Source: a virus | Length of the DNA stretch: 64,000 nt | IMG/VR virus record: IMGVR_UViG_3300029286_003689 | Location: 11,019-75,018 of that record | Reading direction: 5' to 3' (one strand) | In this document: positions 18,266-27,732 of the stretch, piece after piece | How the letters are laid out: each line of letters begins with the position of its first letter | How positions within the stretch are numbered: position 1 is the stretch's first letter | Notes under the pieces: model-generated | Told to the model about the DNA's origin: nothing | The model's database searches: none | The model's input: only the letters and a program-made list of their open reading frames with translations | Position numbers and translations under genes: made by a program

Positions 18266-19038
18266 TTTATCTTCATCCCTGCCAGTAACTGCGCTATAAG
18301 TGGAGACACTGGAGTCTTCTTCCATTCTTCACCTTCTTTAATCTGCTGACCAACGTGCCAAACTTCCCATTCCTTCTTGGCAGTTACCAAGAACCAGGGC
18401 CAAAGCTTTTTTATTCCTGCCTTATTTTTTATATAGCTTGCACAAATTCTATTAACAACTTCTTCGGGGACTTCTACGCCTCTCATTTTTTTAAGCTTTC
18501 CTAAGAGCTTATAAACATTAAATCCCTTACTTACTTCTTCCATCTGTTTTTGAGATTCTTCTTTAAAAGCAGCCCAATAAGGCTGTGTTCTTTCTCTATT
18601 CTTCTCTATTCTATTCAATTCTATTCTTCGTGAGGACTCGCTGAGCACACTGTGAGGGCTCATTGAGGAGTCATTGAGTTTCCTTATTTTCTCTGGGATT
18701 AACTCAAGATATGGGGAAGGTGGTAATGGTAGGTGCGATCTTGACGGCCATTGTATAATTTGCCGGTTGTGGAACCCTTTAATAAAAGCATAAATCTTAT
18801 TGTCTACCCGGTATTCTATGTATTTTCCGTTGTTTCTTATCTGACTATAAAGAGGTTCGGTGTCAATTATATCGTGAGGGAATATCTGGGCTTTAAGGGT
18901 TAGGTGTTTTACCTCAAAGACTCCGGTATCTTCACAGTTACACCAAGTACCTGCATAAAATAGTCGCCCGGAGAAAGGAAGCACCGCTATCTCTTCATCC
19001 GTAAAGAATTCCGGATCAAGCTGTCTTTTTCTGGCCAC
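18262..19038 (-). CDS. Putative replication initiator
   Basis: MARKRQLDPEFF.D N-terminus typical of phage initiators; repetitive central region. Confidence 0.65.
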   Translation of the reverse strand: MARKRQLDPEFFTDEEIAVLPFSGRLFYAGTWCNCEDTGVFEVKHLTLKAQIFPHDIIDTEPLYSQIRNNGKYIEYRVDNKIYAFIKGFHNRQIIQWPSRSHLPLPPSPYLELIPEKIRKLNDSSMSPHSVLSESSRRIELNRIEKNRERTQPYWAAFKEESQKQMEEVSKGFNVYKLLGKLKKMRGVEVPEEVVNRICASYIKNKAGIKKLWPWFLVTAKKEWEVWHVGQQIKEGEEWKKTPVSPLIAQLLAGMKIK

Positions 19039-19039
19039 G

Positions 19040-19399
19040 TTATTCTCCCGGTTCTTCCTCTGATGAAGTTCCCTCTTTTATCCGATCAAGGAACTGAATG
19101 TCTTCTACGTGCAATTCTATAACTGATCTCTTTTGCTCATCCTGCTCCCATGACCGAGTAACCAGCCGGCCTTCAACAAATACGTGGCTGCCTTTCTTAA
19201 GGTATTTAGCGCAGTTTTCCGCGCGTTTAGCCCATACAGTAGCAGTAATAAAAAGCACCTCTTCTTTATCCTGTCCGTCCTTTTTCTTAATGATGTGATT
19301 TGACGCTATCCTTAAATTACAAACTGCGGTATCTTGCGGAGTAAATCTTAATTCAGGTTCTTTGGCTAAGTTTCCAACAATAAACGTTCTATTAAACAT
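19040..19399 (-). CDS. ssb: Single-stranded DNA-binding protein
   Basis: N...VGNL..PELR.T; W...AE....L.KGS.V.VEGRL..RSW. Confidence 0.92.
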   Translation of the reverse strand: MFNRTFIVGNLAKEPELRFTPQDTAVCNLRIASNHIIKKKDGQDKEEVLFITATVWAKRAENCAKYLKKGSHVFVEGRLVTRSWEQDEQKRSVIELHVEDIQFLDRIKEGTSSEEEPGE

Positions 19400-19410
19400 G
19401 CTTCCTCCGG

Positions 19411-19710
19411 TTATAATAGATGCAGTTGTTCCTCTTTTATGTGCTCTGTTTGATTTTGGTAAATTCTTACAGCCCGTACGTGACTACACTCTAACCCCTT
19501 ACGACCTCTTTGACAGTTGCACGCCAAACGACCCATAAGCTCTCTTATGGTATAGGTAGTTATGTTGTAGCCCGGAATAGGCAGGCATTGGTAGAGACCA
19601 TCAGTTATTTTGCGAACCAGCCCTAACTCAAGAAGCTTTTTTATTTTCTGACTAACTGGTTGTTCAAAAGTTCTTGTCCCTGCGTTATAATGCTGAATAG
19701 TCTCTACCAT
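19411..19710 (-). CDS. SWIM zinc-finger protein
   Basis: CNCQ...CSH; homologue at 61496-61795. Confidence 0.7.
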   Translation of the reverse strand: MVETIQHYNAGTRTFEQPVSQKIKKLLELGLVRKITDGLYQCLPIPGYNITTYTIRELMGRLACNCQRGRKGLECSHVRAVRIYQNQTEHIKEEQLHLL

Positions 19711-19721
19711 ACCTCTCCTTT

Positions 19722-20762
19722 CTATTGGCTTGCGTATGCCTTACTTACTTCCCTGATTAACTCATTAGCTTTATCAATATTCGGTATCTCCTCTACTTTT
19801 TCAAAGCCTAACCCGCCGAGAATAGCAGTAAATCTTTCTTCATTGTTCAGTTTCTTCCTGCAATTTTCAATCGTAATCAGAATATTTTTTGACAGTGGAG
19901 ATACTATTGCCGGCCCTAACTCCTTTTTTTCTTTAAGCGGCGCCCCAGTTGTTTCTATTGCAGGCTCTTCCCAGGTTGTAGTAACTGGAAGATCAAGGGC
20001 GTTATCAATGCCTTTACGGTATTCGCGGCTGGTCTCATCGATGGATATGGCGCGCTGCATTTCTACGGACAGAGGCAAAAGCTTAGCCAGCTGTATCAAA
20101 ACCGTCTTCATGCACATTGCGTCAGGATCCTTGGCCCAGGGAGAGCTTGGGTAAAAATTATTCTTATCTTTATCGTATGTCTTGGAATGCTTCTTACCAT
20201 GTTCTATACACTCTGCTTTTGACATAAACCGGAATACGCAACCGCCAGATTTCATTTTGGCAATAGCGTAATATCCTACTGCGGGCCCGCGATCTCCCAG
20301 TACCGGCTTATGCTTAATAAAGCTATCCGTACCGTAGTTATAGTCAAACTGGTCTTTCTCATGCACGGTCTGCATTTCAATGGAGAGAGTACTTGCGTGC
20401 CGATAAAATAACTCAGCTAAGCCCTTGTATCCTATAAGTGCCTGTACCTCTGGAATAACCACCCAGTTTTCGCCTATCTTGCGCTTATTTTTAAACGGCA
20501 AGAGGTACGCGCGGCCAGCAATAGGCTCAAGCCCAAGCTGAGCAAGCACAAATAAACTACCCATAAAGCTTTCCGGTGTGCACTTAAGCAACTCCGGATT
20601 AAGTCTTATTGATGTCAATGCTATTCCAACAAGTCTCTCCGGACTCATGAATGCCGGCAATGTTTGAGCAAAATCCTTAGATGCTCCTCTAATTAACGCC
20701 TCTAAACTCTTTTGATCTGTCGCTTTACTTATCGCTCCCGCTACATCTGTTTGTTTAGCCAT
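19722..20762 (-). CDS. recT: RecT/Bet-type single-strand annealing recombinase
   Basis: LGLEP...AYL.PF, IGYKGL, SPW...AM..KTV...KLLPLS. Confidence 0.9.
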   Translation of the reverse strand: MAKQTDVAGAISKATDQKSLEALIRGASKDFAQTLPAFMSPERLVGIALTSIRLNPELLKCTPESFMGSLFVLAQLGLEPIAGRAYLLPFKNKRKIGENWVVIPEVQALIGYKGLAELFYRHASTLSIEMQTVHEKDQFDYNYGTDSFIKHKPVLGDRGPAVGYYAIAKMKSGGCVFRFMSKAECIEHGKKHSKTYDKDKNNFYPSSPWAKDPDAMCMKTVLIQLAKLLPLSVEMQRAISIDETSREYRKGIDNALDLPVTTTWEEPAIETTGAPLKEKKELGPAIVSPLSKNILITIENCRKKLNNEERFTAILGGLGFEKVEEIPNIDKANELIREVSKAYASQ

Positions 20763-20772
20763 TTGTTCCTCC

Positions 20773-21741
20773 TCACTTTTTTACTGAAATCCGTAATACT
20801 CGTTTTTCTTTTGGTTTCGCATACTTCTCGTATAAACCCGGTTCTTCTCTTTTGAATAATTCGACGTCAACCCTCCTCTCTTTCTGGTTTTTCCAGGTAA
20901 TTCTGTATTTTGCTGTTACGCCAGTTTCGTAAGTTTTTAGCATTGCCCGCAGCGTATTCTTTTGCTCGTCAATTTCTTTTTCAAGCACTGCGTAGTCTGC
21001 CTGCATAGAATCAAGGCTCTCGCATACGCGACTGGCATCATCGCCAAGCTCTATAATGCTTTCACTGGCAGCTTGCGGATAGAGCCTATAGAGGATATCG
21101 TCATCTTGTGAAGTTACCTGCATAGGCATAACCTTCGGGACAATAAAGGTATTCCAGAAATAAACTTCTTTTTCTACGATATTATTAAGAGTCTCTGGAG
21201 CAACTATATTGATGTACTCTTTAGGCATATCAGGAAGGTTAACCTTTGCATCCGCTCTGACAAAAACTTTCCACAGAAAAGCTGTGTTTCCGATAAGCAC
21301 CGCGATGTACCAGATAGGCAATCCGGTTACAGCCATATAGTGAAGGCATTGTACCTGGTATTCTTGTGGGATCTCTTCTACCTGCCACTCGCTCATCTTG
21401 AATTGATTGGCCGTTTTACACTCAAGCCCTGCAGGTTCACCAACCACAAGACGGTCTATATTGGCCCCAAGGAATGAGTATTTTGGATGGAAAAACATCT
21501 TTTCCGCCGGCACTACCTTCTTACCTGTTTCATCCATAAAAAACTCAGCTACGGCCTGCTCAAGCTTATTGCCGAGCTTTACAGGAGTATTATCGGAAAT
21601 ATCAAGCGGGGTAACCTGTCCTGTCTTAATAGCCCATACCTCAAGAGGGGTTCTGTACCTGGAGAGACCAAGAATTGCCGCGGCATCGCTTCCGCCGATG
21701 TAGGTTTTACGCGCTTCTATTTGTTCTTTTGTCCAATCCAT
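20773..21741 (-). CDS. YqaJ/lambda-exonuclease family protein
   Basis: IGGSDAAAILG, ANID, LECKT, Q..HY. Confidence 0.9.
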   Translation of the reverse strand: MDWTKEQIEARKTYIGGSDAAAILGLSRYRTPLEVWAIKTGQVTPLDISDNTPVKLGNKLEQAVAEFFMDETGKKVVPAEKMFFHPKYSFLGANIDRLVVGEPAGLECKTANQFKMSEWQVEEIPQEYQVQCLHYMAVTGLPIWYIAVLIGNTAFLWKVFVRADAKVNLPDMPKEYINIVAPETLNNIVEKEVYFWNTFIVPKVMPMQVTSQDDDILYRLYPQAASESIIELGDDASRVCESLDSMQADYAVLEKEIDEQKNTLRAMLKTYETGVTAKYRITWKNQKERRVDVELFKREEPGLYEKYAKPKEKRVLRISVKK

Positions 21742-21764
21742 TTATTACTCCTTTTAGTTTATTG

Positions 21765-21918
21765 ATACGAGAGTCCGCGCTTGTATCGGAACCACCCGTC
21801 TTTACATAGGCGCGGTACTCTCTCGATGATTCTTTCCTCATGGCACGTCCGGGGAGACGTTCATCTAATTGCCACTTCTTATTTCCGGGCTGTGGTTAGC
21901 AGACCCTCACCACCCTAT
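21765..21918 (-). ncRNA. Candidate structured RNA between tRNA and exonuclease gene
   Basis: GAGAGT(A)CCGCGC/GCGCGGACTCTC long stem, TGGCA/TGCCA with ACGTC/GACGT stem, GGG-CTG/CAG-CCC stem. Confidence 0.45.
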
Positions 21919-21921
21919 TTA

Positions 21922-21993
21922 TTGCGGGGGTGGGAATCGAACCCACGCTTATCCGGGTATGAACCGGACGCCTTTCCGCTTGGCTACCCCGCG
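21922..21993 (-). tRNA. tRNA with CAT anticodon (Met/fMet-like), CCA not encoded
   Basis: Cloverleaf CGCGGGG TA GCCAAGCGGAAAGGC G TCCGG TTCATAC CCGGA TAAGC GTGGG TTCGATT CCCAC CCCCGCA A. Confidence 0.9.
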
Positions 21994-22073
21994 AGATCTT
22001 AGTTTTCGCTTCAATTTCTTTATAAGCCTAAGACTATTTTGCAAAACAATATAAGCACCTATGCCAGTAATCG

Positions 22074-23630
22074 TCATTTCGTCTCTACGAGTAATTCTCC
22101 GTCAGTAACGATAGTCACGAAGAATTGAAACTCTTTATCTGCCTCTATCTGCTGTAGGAATTCTGCCCGGACAGTTTCATCAAGATGTTCAAGCTTATCC
22201 ACGCAGATCAATTTAAGTGGATTGTCTTTTGCGAGAATACGAGCAATATCAAGACAGGTAGTTACTTGTTTGGCTGTGGATAGGTTTGACAGAGGCAAAC
22301 CATTTATCGTTACAATTCCGCGTCCATCAACCCCAAGGCCCTTAACCGGTAATTCTACTGTGGCAAGCAAATCATGCGGTTTAAGCCTGGCTATCTCAAC
22401 GCATTTATCGTAATGCTCAGCCTTAGCCATTTCTTCTTTTAGCCGGGCCTGTAGCGCGCCTACTTCTTTAGCTAAAGGAATAAAAGACTTCATATATTCG
22501 GCTTCTGTGCAGCGGTTATTTATCGGGGCTATATCAATAGGCTGATGTACGTCAATAAAAAACTCGGCTTCCTTTTTCTTAGTTTTAAGCCGAGCGAATT
22601 CTTCCTCTTTATTCTTAGCGATATTTTTTGTTTTTTCCAGTGTTGTAGCGGCAATAGTACCGCTTCTTTCTCTTAGAGTAACCTTTACCAATACGTCAGC
22701 TTTTGATACGAGATCATCCCTCTGCTTTTCAAGCTTTTGTATTTGGCTATTGATATCATCAACTTCTTGGCTAATGGCACTCAGCTGTTCATCAATATCT
22801 TCCTTTATTTTCTTTAAATCAGAGGCTTCTTGCTCATAAGCCTCTTTTACCTGCAAACCATATTTATTATCTATGGCTTCTACTTCTGTTTCGTATGCCT
22901 CTAATACCTTACGATTTTCTACAATGTCCCTGTTTGTTTCTTGAGCGGCGTTGAGCTCTGCAAATAGTTCTCCGAGGTTTACCTTCTCCCAAACGCCTAT
23001 CTCGTAGTTATCCGGCAACCTTTTTGCTATGGCCAAGCATTCATCATCTGTAGCCTTTACCTTAGAGTTTGCTTCACGCCTTGCTTCATAAAACCACTCT
23101 TCCAAGGCTTTTAACACTTGCAGACCATGCTTCTCGTAATTTACCTTTGGGGCTTCTCCAAACCATTTTAGAGCTTCATTCGATGTTACAGTGATAGGCA
23201 GAAGGCTAAGCAAAATATCCGTCTGCTCAGTATCCTTTTTTTGCATGAAGTCGACCGGATTAAAAGCGAATACATCTTTACCCCGTTTTCCGTTAGTCCC
23301 AAATAAATCCTTAAGGAAGGTCTCAGGGGCCTTTACCGGCACCCCACCCTGCGTTACTTTAACCGAACCTTCATCTAAGCCAGCTTCATCCTCTTTAACA
23401 GTCCGGCGTATATTTATCCCGTTGTCGGTTTCCAGTTCAATGTATGCCTTGTCTGCGCCCGTACGCACAAAGCGCGCGCGGCGCTTAGTGTTATAAAGGG
23501 CCTTTTCTATAGTCTCAAGAATTGAAGTTTTACCTCGCTCATTGCCGCCAGATATCACATTTACTTTACCGGGATTGATAGCAAGTTCTTCAATCCCCAA
23601 ACAATCCTTAATTACCAGTCTCTTAATCAT
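22074..23630 (-). CDS. SMC/Rad50-like ATPase with coiled coil
   Basis: Walker A GGNERGKTS, long coiled coil, LS..., CVDKLEHLD; start taken at ATG 23630 with GGAGGA RBS. Confidence 0.8.
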   Translation of the reverse strand: MIKRLVIKDCLGIEELAINPGKVNVISGGNERGKTSILETIEKALYNTKRRARFVRTGADKAYIELETDNGINIRRTVKEDEAGLDEGSVKVTQGGVPVKAPETFLKDLFGTNGKRGKDVFAFNPVDFMQKKDTEQTDILLSLLPITVTSNEALKWFGEAPKVNYEKHGLQVLKALEEWFYEARREANSKVKATDDECLAIAKRLPDNYEIGVWEKVNLGELFAELNAAQETNRDIVENRKVLEAYETEVEAIDNKYGLQVKEAYEQEASDLKKIKEDIDEQLSAISQEVDDINSQIQKLEKQRDDLVSKADVLVKVTLRERSGTIAATTLEKTKNIAKNKEEEFARLKTKKKEAEFFIDVHQPIDIAPINNRCTEAEYMKSFIPLAKEVGALQARLKEEMAKAEHYDKCVEIARLKPHDLLATVELPVKGLGVDGRGIVTINGLPLSNLSTAKQVTTCLDIARILAKDNPLKLICVDKLEHLDETVRAEFLQQIEADKEFQFFVTIVTDGELLVETK

Positions 23631-23844
23631 TGTCTCCTCCAATCCCGTTAATGAAATATAGCCCTTAAAACTAAAAGAATCCCTGCTATCGCTATGCTCC
23701 CCAGCACAACCACCGCATTAAATGGGGATTCTTCTATCCTCTGCCTATAGTAATCGTTCATACTAATCCTCTCTGATGTCTCTTTCGTGTCCGGGGTCAT
23801 CCGGATCATACTGCTCTTCTTCATCAAAAATTTCATTAGGCATC

Positions 23845-24069
23845 TTATTTTGGCTGCAAAAACAACTGCTTAAACTCGTCCCGGAAAAACAAAAGTTTTC
23901 TTTGCTTAGCTCTCGTTTTCTGTGGTTTTAGCCCAGGAAGTATATCTGTCCAGTTGTTCCGAACGTATCCAAGGCTAAGGTGTAATTCTGCTGCTATTTC
24001 TTCAACTCCTATAAATTCGCTTTGCATGTCAAGACTTCTCTTTCTTATAGCGACGACACTTGGCAACAT
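23845..24069 (-). CDS. Excisionase-like small DNA-binding protein
   Basis: IGVEEIAAEL.LS..YV...LLF.R pattern. Confidence 0.5.
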   Translation of the reverse strand: MLPSVVAIRKRSLDMQSEFIGVEEIAAELHLSLGYVRNNWTDILPGLKPQKTRAKQRKLLFFRDEFKQLFLQPK

Positions 24070-24323
24070 AACAAACTTTTTCGCGAGCTAATTTCCTATC
24101 TCTTTTCATCCTTTCATGCGCTATAACCGCCATCATTTTGCCATTCAAGTCGTTTAATGTTTTGTTCTTCGACTGTCTTATCCAATCAAGAACGATTCCA
24201 AAGACAAAACATTCTAAACTTACTAAATCTGCGTTACACACTTCCCTGTTATTTCTTTGGATATAATTTTTAACTGCATCCTTATTAATAAAATTAGCCA
24301 CTTATCCCCTCCTGCAATCTTTG

Positions 24324-24518
24324 TTAAGTTTCGTCAACCTTTCTTACTTGACGCTTATAGAATCCTGGTTTAAACTTGGTAACATAAAGCCCCTGTTCTA
24401 TGAGATACTGGATTTCTTGGGTTAATGTACGCATATTGGCTTCGGCCTCATGTTCTATGCTTTTACGTAAGGCTGCTGGTAATCTTAAATAAATGATTTC
24501 AGTACGTTTATCAGACAT
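24324..24518 (-). CDS. Arc-like ribbon-helix-helix protein
   Basis: IYLRLP..L...I...A..N.RTL..EI..LI. Confidence 0.75.
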   Translation of the reverse strand: MSDKRTEIIYLRLPAALRKSIEHEAEANMRTLTQEIQYLIEQGLYVTKFKPGFYKRQVRKVDET

Positions 24519-24809
24519 AAAAAAACTGCTACTTTAAGCAGTAGCTAATTGTTCTTTGACAAAAGGGCCTAAATTTGCCCCACAATCAATTTTCTCAGTT
24601 TTGGCTACCCTTGTATTATTTGCTAAAACGCGTGTCACTATGGGACTCTGGTGCGTTTCGCTATGCTTGAAGGGTATACCCCTATTTGAATATGGCAGAA
24701 GCCTCTGGTTACTTTGAAAACAAAGGCATGAAACAACGGTAATTTGTTTCCATTGCTTACATTTTTCTGTACATTGCGCACAAAGTTTATTTACTCCAGA
24801 TAGAGGCAT

Positions 24810-25058
24810 TTAATTAACCTCACCATTTAGGTGTTGTTTCTGATCAAAAAAATATTGAATAGGCTTATTAAAAAAATTAGCTAATGTAGCAATTTCATTA
24901 GCGTCTGGGGTGGTTACGCCAGTTTCCCAATTTATAAGCGTCGGACGTGATATGCGCAAACCTATTTTATCTAATTTAAACATCAGATCAGTTTGGGTGA
25001 GTTCTTTCTCTTCCCGGCATTTTCTTAATTTCTCGGCGATAAACATTTTACTAAGCAC
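24810..25058 (-). CDS. Cro-like XRE HTH regulator
   Basis: LRKCREEKELTQ..L...ISR.T..NWE.G...P; first gene of leftward early operon. Confidence 0.85.
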   Translation of the reverse strand: MLSKMFIAEKLRKCREEKELTQTDLMFKLDKIGLRISRPTLINWETGVTTPDANEIATLANFFNKPIQYFFDQKQHLNGEVN

Positions 25059-25081
25059 CTCCTTTTTCTTTAACTGTTTTA

Positions 25082-25110
25082 AGTATACTACACCAGTTAG
25101 GTTTTGTCAA
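25082..25110 (-). promoter_or_regulatory. Early lytic promoter
   Basis: TTGACA-17nt-TATACT. Confidence 0.8.
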
Positions 25111-25135
25111 GTATTTTTTTACAATATTTTTTATC

Positions 25136-25164
25136 TTGCAACATTACAAAAAGAGGAGTAAAAT
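25136..25164 (+). promoter_or_regulatory. Repressor promoter (probably leaderless transcript)
   Basis: TTGCAA-17nt-TAAAAT, ATG at 25172. Confidence 0.65.
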
Positions 25165-25171
25165 TACGAGT

Positions 25172-25726
25172 ATGAACATGAAAACTACATTGAAATTTAA
25201 AGACTTGTTAGCTAAATATCGCGACCGCGAAAACTTGTCAAAAACTGATATTGCTCAAAAGATAGATGTAACGGTTAGCTATATCATCGATATTGAAGCT
25301 GGCAGGAAGAAACCGCCAACATTGGAGAAATGCCAAAAACTGATAGAAGTTTTAAAATTAACTGCTGAAGAAGCGGGGGGATTCATTAAATCCGCACTTT
25401 ATGAAAGGGCCTCTAAAGAAATACTGGAATTTCTAAAATTGCAATCTGAACTTAAAGATTTGTTTGTGGATAAAGCTATACGAGGGGTTTCTTCTGTTAA
25501 GGAAGATCGCAATACTCTGTTCGTGCAAGTTCCTAAAGAATTTGCTTATATTATCAAAAAACATCCAGAGATATTTGCCGCCATCCAAGACCCAATCGCC
25601 ATTAATGCGTTGCTTATTACCTTTAAAAATACGCAAGATATTAAGAATACTATTAAGGCCCTTTTGGAGACTATACCGAGTCTTACTCCGGAAAAGAGGC
25701 GGGCGTTATTAGCATTATGTAGATGA
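25172..25726 (+). CDS. CI-like XRE HTH repressor (no evident S24 peptidase domain)
   Basis: LSKTDIAQKI.VT.SYI.DIE.GRK.PP; divergent from cro. Confidence 0.8.
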   Translation: MNMKTTLKFKDLLAKYRDRENLSKTDIAQKIDVTVSYIIDIEAGRKKPPTLEKCQKLIEVLKLTAEEAGGFIKSALYERASKEILEFLKLQSELKDLFVDKAIRGVSSVKEDRNTLFVQVPKEFAYIIKKHPEIFAAIQDPIAINALLITFKNTQDIKNTIKALLETIPSLTPEKRRALLALCR

Positions 25727-25739
25727 AGAGGGATAAGTT

Positions 25740-26030
25740 TTGAAGATTGGCGGATGGGAAGTTAATAAGTTAGAGGTAATAGTAGGCGCTTCTTTGCTAC
25801 TGTTAATCTTATTAGGATTTTTACTTACGATTGGGACTATCTTTGGCATCCCGAACAAGCTGTCAAATGCCTTGATGGCTGGAGGCTTAATAGTAGGTAT
25901 CCCCTATTTTCTGTGTATAGTGGTTGGTACGCTTTTTCTGCTTCCCGTATTTCTATTCTATATACTTAAAACCTTGTACATTATTTTTACTAACCCACGC
26001 CCAATTAAAAAAACAAAATGGAAAGAGTAA
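25740..26030 (+). CDS. Two-TM membrane protein
   Basis: Two hydrophobic segments. Confidence 0.6.
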   Translation: MKIGGWEVNKLEVIVGASLLLLILLGFLLTIGTIFGIPNKLSNALMAGGLIVGIPYFLCIVVGTLFLLPVFLFYILKTLYIIFTNPRPIKKTKWKE

Positions 26031-26530
26031 TTTCATTCTTATTGATATTGCTTATCTCTGGCTGCGCAACGCTATCTTCCTTACCACAGAAGACATCCGA
26101 AGTTGACTTTAATTCCCTCAATACTGGTCGTACTGCAATGTGGACTTATGAAGACAGTACCTTCTTTGACAATATGGACAAGGAGATGATCTTTCTTGCA
26201 GCTAAGCATGGTTTATCTGTAAATGATTTTATTATCCGTAGGGCTTCTTTTGAGGAGGGGGTTTTATTTGGATATCACGATTCTACTGCCCACGATTGGA
26301 ATGTAGTAGCTGGAGTCTATATTAAACAGTTCGAAAAAAAGACTGCGGTTAAAGTGATAGCAAAAACCTCAAAAGATTTCTCTCTGGTTGGAAATATTGG
26401 AGACACTACCTCTGCCGGTTGGCCGCAACTTATTATTAGCGCGATGCAAGATTATATCGTAAAGGAATCATTAACTTCTAATAGACCTACAAAACATTTA
26501 AGAGTAGATGAATCCAAAAGACAGGATTAG
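26018..26530 (+). CDS. Lipoprotein in immunity region
   Basis: Signal peptide with ISG-C lipobox. Confidence 0.7.
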   Translation: MERVISFLLILLISGCATLSSLPQKTSEVDFNSLNTGRTAMWTYEDSTFFDNMDKEMIFLAAKHGLSVNDFIIRRASFEEGVLFGYHDSTAHDWNVVAGVYIKQFEKKTAVKVIAKTSKDFSLVGNIGDTTSAGWPQLIISAMQDYIVKESLTSNRPTKHLRVDESKRQD

Positions 26531-26536
26531 GATATT

Positions 26537-26737
26537 ATGGAGCTAAAAGATAGGATAAAAATACTCAGAAAAGAAAAACACTTAACCATGTTGCAACTTG
26601 GCAAGGGAGCTAAAGTAGCTGAGTGTACTGTCTCTTATTGGGAAAAGGGCCGTCAGGAACCTAATACTATGCAAAGAAGACGGCTATGTCGCTTCCTCGG
26701 AATTACTCAATCTGAATTATTTAAAGGGGTAACCTGA
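26537..26737 (+). CDS. XRE HTH protein translationally coupled to integrase
   Basis: HTH_3 pattern; TGATG stop/start overlap. Confidence 0.8.
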   Translation: MELKDRIKILRKEKHLTMLQLGKGAKVAECTVSYWEKGRQEPNTMQRRRLCRFLGITQSELFKGVT

Positions 26738-27729
26738 TGTCATCTCTCTACCGCAGAAAAGAGATCTACTGGCTCTCCTTCCGGTACCATGGAAAAGCCT
26801 ACTGTATAAGTCTTGGTACTCGGGATCGCTCCACTGCCATCTATCTAAAGGCCAAAAAAGACCAAGAAATGGCTGAAGGTAAATATATCATTCGCCAGGA
26901 TGTTTCTTGTGAGGAAGTACTGAAAGACTACATGGAAACTTCGCAGCATCGTAAAACAAAAAAAACTAACGATAACGATGAGTCCAGGATAGAAAAATTT
27001 CTAAAGCAGAGCGGGATAACTAAGGTTAATCAGATAACAGAGAAAAGGCTGCAGGAATACCTTAACCATCGCATCAATAAAGATGGGCTTGCGCTTTCAT
27101 CAGCTAACCGGCTTATAGCTACCTTTAAGGCATGGCTTAATTTCGCTGTCAGGCGCAAGATTATCTTTGAGAATCCTATACGATATTTTAAAGGATATAA
27201 CCCGGGCCAACGGCATTTTAAATTATTGACGCTTGATGAGATTAAAACAATAATAGATTCAGCAGAAAAAAATCCACGAGTGGAACTTGCTATTTGGTCT
27301 GGACTATATGCTGGGATGAGAATAGAAGAAGCCTATGGGTTAGAGTGGCCAGACATAGATTTTGAGAATGACGATATAACAATCAAACGAGGCGGGGAAG
27401 TTATAACTAAATCCAAAAAAGAGCGCATTGTCCCTATGACAGAAAAATTCAGGGAAAAGCTTCTATCGGCCAGAAAAAATTCAGGTCGATGCTTTGATTC
27501 TGTCAATCACAAACGCATAGTCGCAAACTTCATAAAATCGACTAAGATAAAGGGTATTAATTTTAAAAGCTTTCGGCATGCTTATGCTTCTTATTTATTA
27601 ATGAGTGGAGTTGATCTCTATACTGTATCTCAGCTTTTAGGACATTCCAGCGTGAGGGTAACCGAACAGCACTACGCACACCTGATAAAGGATCATAAAA
27701 AAGCCTCAGTAAAGAAGCTTCCTTATTAA
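26737..27729 (+). CDS. int: Tyrosine integrase
   Basis: GMRIEE, KSFRH, LLGHSS, HYAH catalytic residues; N-terminal arm-binding region. Confidence 0.93.
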   Translation: MSSLYRRKEIYWLSFRYHGKAYCISLGTRDRSTAIYLKAKKDQEMAEGKYIIRQDVSCEEVLKDYMETSQHRKTKKTNDNDESRIEKFLKQSGITKVNQITEKRLQEYLNHRINKDGLALSSANRLIATFKAWLNFAVRRKIIFENPIRYFKGYNPGQRHFKLLTLDEIKTIIDSAEKNPRVELAIWSGLYAGMRIEEAYGLEWPDIDFENDDITIKRGGEVITKSKKERIVPMTEKFREKLLSARKNSGRCFDSVNHKRIVANFIKSTKIKGINFKSFRHAYASYLLMSGVDLYTVSQLLGHSSVRVTEQHYAHLIKDHKKASVKKLPY

Positions 27730-27732
27730 GAT

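Noticed and set aside
21781-22054. Plus-strand ORFs over the tRNA region
   Set aside because: They overlap a well-formed minus-strand tRNA and hairpins and have no RBS support.
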